Shown: in pieces, positions 55,930 through 64,000 of the stretch
Numbering within the stretch: the stretch's first letter is position 1
Layout: the number at the start of each line of letters is the position of its first letter
Assembly: GCA_002269645.1 (NCBI GenBank)
Contig: NIVC01000161.1
Coordinates: 62,001 to 126,000, forward strand
Direction: 5' to 3'
Source of the DNA: Macrostomum lignano
Lineage: Eukaryota
Length of the DNA stretch: 64,000 bases
The notes under the pieces: model-generated
The model's input: only the letters and a program-made list of their open reading frames with translations
Database searches by the model: none
Told to the model about the DNA's origin: nothing
Made by a program: the position numbers and the translations under genes

Positions 55930-56450
55930 GGTTTCTAATATGGCGCCCCCAATTTCTAATATGGCGCCCCCAATTTCTAATATGGCACCCCCGATTTCTA
56001 ATATGGCGTCCTCCGCCAATTTCTAAAATGGCGCCACCGATTTCTAATATGGAGCTCCCCATTTCTGATATGACGCCTCTCGATTTCTAATATGGCGCCT
56101 CCAACTTCTAATATGGCGCCCTCCCCGATTTCTAATATGGCGCCCCCGATTTCTAACATGGCGCCCCCGATTTCTAATATGGCGCCACCGATTTCTAATA
56201 TGGCGCCCTCCCCCGATTTCTAATATGGCGCTCCGATTTCTAATATGGCGCCCTCCCCGATTTCTAATATGGCGCCCTCCCCGATTTCTAATATGGCGCC
56301 CCCGATTTCTAACATGGCGCCCCCGATTTCTAATATGGCGCCACCGATTTCTAATATGGCGCCCTCCCCCGATTTCTAATATGGCGCTCCGATTTCTAAT
56401 ATGGCGCCCTCCCCGATTTCTAATATGGCACCCCCGATTTCTAATATGCC
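55930..56450. repeat. ~23-25-bp minisatellite CCGATTTCTAATATGGCGCCCCC
   Basis: About 20 copies, intergenic. Confidence 0.93.
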
Positions 56451-56451
56451 T

Positions 56452-56905
56452 GCTATATGTGGGTGTGAGATATGTGGTTGTTAGATATGTGGGTGTGAGA
56501 TATGTGGGTGTTAGATATGTGGGTGTTAGATATGTGGGTGTTAGATATGTGGGTGTTAGATATGTGGGTGTTAGATATGCGGGTGTTAGATATGTGGGTG
56601 TTAGGTATGCGGGTGTTAGATATATGGGTGTTAGGTATGCGGGTGTTAGATATGTGGGTGTTAGATATGTGGGTGTTAGATATGTGGGTGTTAGATATGT
56701 GGGTGTTAGATATGTGGGTGCTAGATATGTGGGTGTTAGATATGTGGGTGTTAGATATGTGGGTGTTAGATATGTGGGTGTTAGATATGTGGGTGTTAGA
56801 TATGTGGGTGTTAGATATGTGGGTGTTAGATATGTGGGTGTTAGATATGTGGGTGTTAGATGTGTGGTTTTTAGATATGTGGGTGTTAGATATGTGGATT
56901 TTAGA
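56452..56905. repeat. 15-bp minisatellite TTAGATATGTGGGTG
   Basis: About 30 copies. Confidence 0.95.
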
Positions 56906-57178
56906 CAGGTGGTTAATAGGCTTGCAGCACAAGAGTCCGTGTTCTAGTTAAACAATAGCAAAGCAAATAGAATTTCTACGGCTCCAAACGGGCTGCCTTT
57001 CCTGCCTCGGAAAAAGGTGCTTGTCCAAGGTGGAAAAGTTTATTTTAAATTGAAAAAAATATTTTTGCGGACTGCTGCAGAACAAATGGCTTAAATCCAA
57101 ATATGGAGAGCTTCCTGCTCAAATCAATGGCAATAAAAAGTGGCTCGCAACCCTCTCGAAGGGTTTTATGGTCACGCC

Positions 57179-60100
57179 ATGCAGGAAACAGACGGTTCGA
57201 CAAATGAAGTCGCCGACAATCCGAAAGGGTTGCTGCTTGAGAAAAGCGGAGTGAACTTGTGCGGAAAAGCGTGTGTTAAGCAGAGAATGCTTTTAGCGAT
57301 GCTGTGCTCGCTGGGTCTGGCCATCACGTTCAGCTTTCGATGCAGCATTGGAGTGGCTTGCGGCTACTTCAGGAGCAGGTTCAATGCCTCAGGTGCCCGC
57401 GGAGAGGCCGACAACACTACCGAGGTGCGTTCGATGGCTTTGCTGTCTTCTGGATGGCGTCTTCATGCACCGGTGTTTCTAGAGTGCGTCTTCATACACC
57501 GGTGTTTCTAGAGGGTGTCTTCATACACCGGTGTTTCTAGAGGTTGTCTGTCTTCATGCACCGGTGTTTCTAGAGGTTGTCTGTCTTCATGCACCGGTGT
57601 TTCTAGAGGTTGTCTGTCTTCATGCACCGGTGTTTCTAGAGGTTGTCTGTCTTCATGCACCGGTGTTTCTAGAGGTTGTCTGTCTTCATGCACCGGTGTT
57701 TCTAGAGGGTGTCTTCATGCACCGGTGTTTCTAGAGGGTGTTTGTCTTCGTGCACCACCGTAGGCCACGGAAGGTCTCAGAAACCCTGACAGCAGTCACT
57801 GAAAAGCCCATTCTGCTCAACCGCCTTCAGCACCTCGCGGAGCCGTGGCCGGCATCCGTGGTGGGCGCGGTGGAGAGCTCATACTTCTGGGGCTACCTGA
57901 TCACCCAGCTTCCAGGTGGCATCATCGCCAACAAGCTGTCGGCAACTCGAGCCTTCGGTCTGGCCACGGTGATCTCGTCTGCGCTCAACATGCTGCTCCC
58001 ACTGGCCATGAGTGCGAGCTACGGATTCACCATTTTGATCCGGTTTCTGCAGGGTCTGGCCGAGGTGAGGATTGGGACCAGGTGTTTATAATGGTCATTT
58101 TAGCAGTAAAGTATGGGACCAACTGCGAGCATTGCATGACGATTTTAAATGATCTTTTTCTAAGTAAGTTGCCACCATTGTATGACTGATGTCTGACCAC
58201 CCCTCCCCGCAGGGCTGCACCTATCCCGCCTGTCTCGGAATTTGGCGCTATTGGGCGCCACCGCATGAGCTCTCGCAGCTCGCCAACATCGCCTTCTGCG
58301 GCTCCAACGTTGGGGTGCTTTTCAGCCTATTGCTGTCCGGGGCGCTGACCGAATCCATTGGCTGGCCCGCTCCGTTCTATATCTATGGTGAGGCATCCAT
58401 GCTGTTAGACAGGGTGTCCATGCTGTTAGACAGGGTGTCTATGCTGTTAGACAGGGTGTCTATGCTGTTAGACAGGGTGTCTATGCTGTTAGACAGGGTG
58501 TCTATGCTGTTAGACAAGGTGTCTATGCTGTTAGACAGGGTGTCTATGCTGTTAGACAGGGTGTCTATGCTGTTAGACAGGGTGTCTATGCTGTTAGACA
58601 GGGTGTCTATGCTGTTAGACAGGGTGTCTATGCTGTTAGACAGGGTGTCTATGCTGTTAGACAGGGTGTCTATGCTGTTAGACAGGGTGTCTATGCTGTT
58701 AGACAGGGTGTCTATGCTGTTAGACAGGGTGTCTATGCTGTTAGACAGGGTGTCTATGCTGTTAGACAGAATATCTATGCTGTTAGACAGGGTGTCTATG
58801 CTGTTAGACAGGGTGTCTATGCTGTTAGACAGGGTGTCTATGCTGTTAGACAGGGTGTCTATGCTGTTAGACAGGGTGTCTATGCTGTTAGACATGGTAT
58901 CTATGCTGTTAGACAGGGTATCTATGCTGTTAGACAGGGTATCTATGCTGTTAGACAGGGTATCTATGATGTTAGACAGGGTATCTATGCTGTTAGACAG
59001 GGTATCTATGCTGTTAGACAGGGTGTCTATGCTGTTAGACAGGGTGTCTATGCTGTTAGACAGGGTGTCTATGCTGTTAGACAGGGTGTCTATGCTGTTA
59101 GACAGGGTATCTATGATGTTAGACAGGGTATCTATGATGTTAGACAGGGTATCTATGCTGTTAGACAGGGTATCTATGCTGTTAGACAGGGTGTCTATGC
59201 TGTTAGACAGGGTGTCTATGCTGTTAGACAGGGTGTCTATGCTGTTAGACAGGGTGTCTATGCTGTTAGACAGGGTGTCTATGCTGTTACACCAGACCCA
59301 CCCCATCCCAGGAGGCATTGGCATACTCTGGTTTGCCTTGTGGTTTCTGTACGTATCCGAGAAGCCGGCCGAGCACCCCTGCATCTCGGAGGCTGAGCGA
59401 AATTACATTGTTGACTCGATCGGTGACCATACGGACGTGGATGCACAGGTTTTAATCAAGAATTTTTTACCTGGTTGATGTCAATCTGAAACTAGGGCAA
59501 TAAATTACCCCCCCAGAGCTGCGACACGCCCTGGAAGTCGATCTTCACCTCACTGCCAGTGCTGGCTGTTATCGTGATGGAGATTGCTCACGGCTGGGCA
59601 TTCTACCTGCTCATTGTGGAGCCCACCAAGTTTTTTTGCGACGTCTTTCAGTTCGATTTGACGCAGGTGAGATTGATTTCGCTAAATTCATTTGGGCCCT
59701 GTTTCCATGGCAACGCGTCAATCGTCTTGCAGAGCGGCTTCGTGTCGGCGATGCCGCACCTGCTGACCTCCGTCATCGTCCCCATCGGAGGCTGCACTGC
59801 CGACTTCCTCAACAATGGGCGCCTGGCAACTACGGCGGTTAGAAAGCTGTACATCTGCTTTGGTAATGATACCACACCTGATCAATACCACACCTGATCA
59901 ATCGCATACCTGAACAATCCCTCACCTGATCAATCCCACACCCGATCAATCGCATACTCGATCATTCCCACACCCAATCAATCCCACACCCGATCAATCG
60001 CATACTCGATCATTCCCACACCCAATCAATCCCACACCCGATCAATCCTACACCTGATCAATCCCACACATGATCAATCCCACACCCGATCAATCGCATA

Positions 60101-61582
60101 CCTGATCAATCCCTCACATGATCAATCCCACACCCGATCAATCGCATACTCGATCATTCCCACACATGATCAATCCCACACCCGATCAATCCTACACCTG
60201 ATCAATCCCACACATGATCAATCCCACACCCGATCAATCGCATACTCGATCATTCCCACACCCAATCAATCCCACACCCGATCAACCCTACACCCGATCA
60301 ATCCCACACCGATCAACCCCACACCCGATCAATCCCACACCCGATCAATCCCACACCCGATCAATCCCACACCCGATCAATCCCACACCGATCAACCCCA
60401 CACCTGATCACCACGCCTTCAAACCAACCATCGCAGGCTTCGGCATGGAGGCAATATTTCTTCTGGTCGCTGGTTACTCATCCGATGCCAGAGTGGCTGT
60501 CGTCTGCCTGACCCTGGCTGTCGGCTTCAGCGCGATCGCTCTGTCAGGTAGCTGGGGCACTTCTCCCATCCCGGTCATAACCCCCTCTCTTCCCAAATTC
60601 CTGTTCAAACCTGCCCCGCCCGCAGGCTTCAACGTGAACCTGCTGGATCTGGCGCCCCGATATGCCGGCATCCTGATGGGCCTGGCCAATGGGGTCGGCT
60701 CTATGGCCGGAATCTTCCTACCGGTGGCCACCGCCTACATGGCGGAGGATCACGTGAGTGCCGGAGTGAGAGGGGGTGGGAAGTGAGTTGGGTAAGAGAG
60801 AGAATGGGAAAAGACTGATTGGAGAGAGGGTGGGCAGATATTGGGGAATACTATGGAGAAAGGAGGAGAGTATGGGGGAGAGGGGAGAGTATAGGGTAGA
60901 CAGGGAGAGTATGGGGTAGAGGGGGAGAGTATGGGGTAGAGGTGGAGAGTGTGGGGGAGAGGGGGAGAGTATGGGGTAGACAGGGAGAGTATGGGGTAGA
61001 GGTGGAGAGTGTGGGGGAGAGGGGGAGAGTGTGGGGTAGAGGTGGAGAGTATGGGGGAGAGAGGGAGAGTGTGGGGAGAGGGGGAGAGTGTGGGGGAGAG
61101 GGGGAGAGTATGGGGGAGAGAGGGAGAGTGTGGGGGAGAGGGGGAGAGTGTGGGGGAGAGGGGGAGAGTGTGGGGGAGAGAGGGAGAGTATGAGCGAGAG
61201 GGGGAGAGTGTGGGGGAGAGGAGAGTATGCGGTGAGGAGGAGAGTACGGGGTATGGGTAGAGTTAGGGCATCGAGTGAGATGGGGGAAGAAAGAGGGGTG
61301 GAGAGAGGAGAGTGAGTGATGAGAAATAAAATATTAAAATACGCGGATGGCTATCCTAAGAATATAGCGAAATGTTGTATAAGAGACTTCGCTAAGAGTC
61401 TATAATTTATTCTTCACTACGACAATAAAATGTGATGTAATCGAACGCCAGAAAGTGGCCTTCCAAACTTGCAGAGCGCGCAGTCGTGGTCTCGGGTGTT
61501 CCTCCTGGCCGCTCTGCTGCACGCTGCAAACGTGCTGTTCTTCGCCATCTTCGGCTCCGGCGAGAGACAGAAATGGGGCTGA
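57179..61582 (+). CDS. SLC17A: SLC17 family (vesicular glutamate transporter-like) MFS anion transporter, 472 aa. Exons 57179-57424, 57831-58064, 58213-58387, 59312-59448, 59517-59666, 59733-59862, 60437-60547, 60626-60753, 61475-61582
   Basis: VGLUT/SLC17 motifs: [110 protein letters not shown]. Confidence 0.92.
57465..57745. repeat. 33-bp minisatellite TCTTCATGCACCGGTGTTTCTAGAGGTTGTCTG
   Basis: SLC17 intron 1. Confidence 0.92.
58395..59290. repeat. 21-bp minisatellite ATGCTGTTAGACAGGGTGTCT (~42 copies)
   Basis: SLC17 intron 3. Confidence 0.97.
59870..60412. repeat. ~16-bp repeat GATCAATCCCACACC(C/T)
   Basis: SLC17 intron 6. Confidence 0.92.
60860..61225. repeat. G/A-rich ~20-bp repeat GGGGGAGAGTGTGGGGGAGA
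   Basis: SLC17 intron 8. Confidence 0.9.
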
Positions 61583-61808
61583 CTGCAGAAGCTGCAGGGA
61601 CTCGAACTGGGACTTGAAGCTTTTTCTAGTCTTTGAAGCAGTGAATCAAGAGTTCGCAATTTCCTTGCTAGTTAGTAGAATTATTGATTCGTTACTACTA
61701 CTACTTACGAGCAGTAGTAGTAAGAGCTACTTCTGCTATAATTGATGGTAATTACTTAATGAATTTAGGAAATAAACAGACCTAATAGACAACTTTTAAC
61801 TGTCAGTT

Positions 61809-61814
61809 AATAAA
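61809..61814 (+). terminator. Candidate polyadenylation signal of the SLC17 gene
   Basis: AATAAA about 230 nt after the stop codon. Confidence 0.45.
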
Positions 61815-62029
61815 AGTACATTTTAAAAGATAAAAATCGCGCGTATTTTTGTTCTAATGTTAGTCGTCTTTAGTGTCAGTCTAAATTTAGGAAAGGAGCT
61901 GAGTATAACTCATAGGTAAACATGACGTTTAAGAAAAATTTAAATATTTTAAGAATTGAGAATTGAGAAGAATTAACTCAAGCTTAAAGTCATATCCTAT
62001 AGGCTTATATTGGATAAAATGCCCCATTC

Positions 62030-62230
62030 TGTAGGATAAAATGCCCCATTCTGTAGGATAGGATGCCCCATTCTGTAGGATACAATGCCCCATTCTGTAG
62101 GATACAATGCCCCATTCTGTAAGATAGAATGCCCCATTCTGTAGGATACAATGCCCCATTCTGTAGGATACAATGCCCCATTCTGTAGGATAAAATTCCC
62201 CATTCTGTAGGATACAATGCCCCATTCTGT
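62030..62230. repeat. 22-bp repeat ATGCCCCATTCTGTAGGATACA
   Basis: About 9 copies between the convergent SLC17 and PEP-utiliser genes. Confidence 0.92.
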
Positions 62231-62324
62231 TTTTCAGCAAGAGTCTTTGCTATACGTGATTCAGCAATTTCCTAGCCAGTGATTCTGCATGTTCGCAACA
62301 GCGGTGCCAAGGCTCTCTTGGGTG

Positions 62325-64000
62325 TCACTCCTGCTGCTGCTCCGCCAGCCTCAGCAGGCCGCGCTCGCCGTCCAGATCGACAAAGTCGCCAGTCTTGAAC
62401 AGCGAGGTCGCCTGCTTGGCCCCGACGATGCAGGGGATGCCGAACTCGCGGGCCACCACGGCTCCGTGCGACAGCAGGCCTCCCTTCTCCGTGGCGAGGC
62501 CGCTGATCAGTGGGAAGTAGGGCGTCCAGCCCACGTCGGTGTACGGCACGATCAGCACGTCGTCCTTCTCGATTTCGGCCGCGTCCTGCAGGTTGCGAAT
62601 GACCCGAGCGCGCCCGGTCACCGAGCCGCGGCTCACCGGCATGCCGGCGACGCTCAGCTGCTCGCCGCTGCCGCGTCTGGCACCGGGAGGAGATCGCGGC
62701 CGCTCCTGCTCGGCGAGCAGGTCGAACCGGGGGTTGCCTTTGATCAGCTCGGGAAGCTGCAGGGCGTTCTGGCGCGGCAGAGCAGCGCGTCGCTTCAGGG
62801 CCTGTGCGAGGGACGGAATGGCGGAATTGCGGGCTGTGCTTACGCATGAAAACTTTTTAAGTATTTAATCTTTAAAAAAATCGTATCGATTATTATACTT
62901 ATCCTCAGACTTCAGACTTTTACTCAAACCTACCAGGTACAATAATTAATGAGTCTGCGTGTTTCTCGTGCTATTAATGTGCACATTCAAGAAGCTGCTT
63001 GCTCACCTTCTTGATCAATGAAGAGGTGTCCTTGCGATCAACGAGCAGGCCGAGCTCCCGGTGAGTGAAGAAGTACACCAAGTCGGTGTCCGGCGCCAAC
63101 TCTTCTTTAACCATTAGCTGGCCGAGGTGCTTGTAACCCTCCTTGATGGCGTCCACCATTCGAATGGAGATGGCCTTACCCCATTCGCGGCTTGCGACAC
63201 CGCGTCTGGCCAACGGAATCAGCGCCTTGACGAGTCGCCTCGTCAGTGGGTTGCGCAGCTCCAACTGCTCCACGATCTCATCAATAGTCAGCGTCTCCTT
63301 GGCCTCGCGCCGCACCAGGCCAGCCGAAATGGTGGCCTGCATTATGGCCACGATTTTTTCTGGAGCGGCTCGCCAGGACACCTCACGGAACTCGGCCTCC
63401 CGGATGCAGCGGAAGCCATGCCGGTTGATGAAGCTGCGAAAGCTCTCACCGGCCTTGCCGCTTTCGTACGACAGAAGCCAGTTGGCGGCATCCTTTGGCG
63501 ACAAAGCCAGGAAGGCGCTGCAGTTCGGAGAGTTCGACAGATCGACGGCCAGGTTGTGCAGAGCGGTCGGCACATCGGCACTGTAGACGTTTTCGCAGTT
63601 GGACAGGCACAGAGCCAGCTTGCTGAACGTCTGCTCATTCAAGCCGAATTGCTCGTTGAAGATGCTCACCAGCACCATGCTGTTGACGGCGGACTTGCCC
63701 GTGTTGATGATGGTGTCGCACCAGCACTGAGCATAGTCCGGCATGCGAGAGTCCAGCTCCATGTACTGCTCCTTAGCTGTGTACTGCGGCATCACGTGGT
63801 AGCCGTCTTGGAACTTCTTTTCCCAGGCCTCTGTGAGCTTGGTCGACTGGTAGATGGTCAGAATGTCACAGACGGCGTTCCAAATCTTGTCTAGCAGGTT
63901 CGCCTCACCGTCCGTGTAGCGTCGTAGATCGTCGCGAGTTGGTTCGTCCAGCGTCCGACCGAGCAGCGCGATGCAGGCCATGTCGAACTTGCCGAACAGC
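62325..64000 (-). CDS. PEP-utiliser family phosphotransferase (rifampicin phosphotransferase/PigC/YvkC-like), 5'-partial. Exons (minus) >64000-63007 and 62801-62325
   Basis: C-terminal His-swivel domain TDVGWTPYFPLISGLATEKGGLLSHGAVVAREFGIPCIVG. Upstream substrate-domain motifs F..RHGFRCIREAE and DLVYFFT..EL. Phase-0 GT-AG intron 63006-62802. The frame is open to the window edge. Confidence 0.88.

Noticed and set aside
62289-63894. Plus-strand ORFs 62289-62849 and 63127-63894
   Set aside because: Antisense shadows of the GC-rich minus-strand CDS.
62974-63981. Bacterial contamination as the source of the PEP-utiliser gene
   Set aside because: It has a canonical spliceosomal intron, host-like codon usage and continuous host-type flanks.

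Overview
Eukaryotic (invertebrate animal) genomic DNA with GC-rich exons and spliceosomal introns, almost every longer intron filled by its own private tandem repeat. The style is consistent with a repeat-rich flatworm genome such as Macrostomum; this is an inference, not a database result. All exon joins were derived by hand and are phase-consistent. Genes: (1) the 3' ~2,230 codons of a giant nesprin (spectrin repeats, divergent KASH tail), 477-20630 +; (2) a 2-exon secreted single-WSC-domain protein, 21816-23030 +; (3) an 11-exon hexa-EF-hand calbindin-32/Cbp53E-like gene, 25036-44457 +, with a GC-AG intron and a candidate 21-nt micro-exon; (4) nested antisense in the calbindin introns, and not shown as one ORF in the ORF track, a 4-coding-exon gene (29616-33835 -) for a 169-aa secreted, 10-Cys, two-chain prohormone-like precursor with insulin-family-like layout; (5) a young full-length Mag-type Gypsy LTR retrotransposon (45887-50866) with two in-frame TGA stops; (6) an unrecognised 4-exon gene (51148-55631 +) with a coding-like extension past its TAG; (7) a VGLUT-like SLC17 transporter (57179-61582 +) with altered pocket residues and no C-terminal tail; (8) the 3' part of a rifampicin-phosphotransferase/PigC-like PEP-utiliser gene (62325-64000 -). 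Also present: a full-length tRNA-derived SINE with TSD and a foldback-like element. All three mobile elements sit inside simple repeats. The long ORFs over tandem repeats are artefacts. No CRISPR array, rRNA or bona fide tRNA was found.
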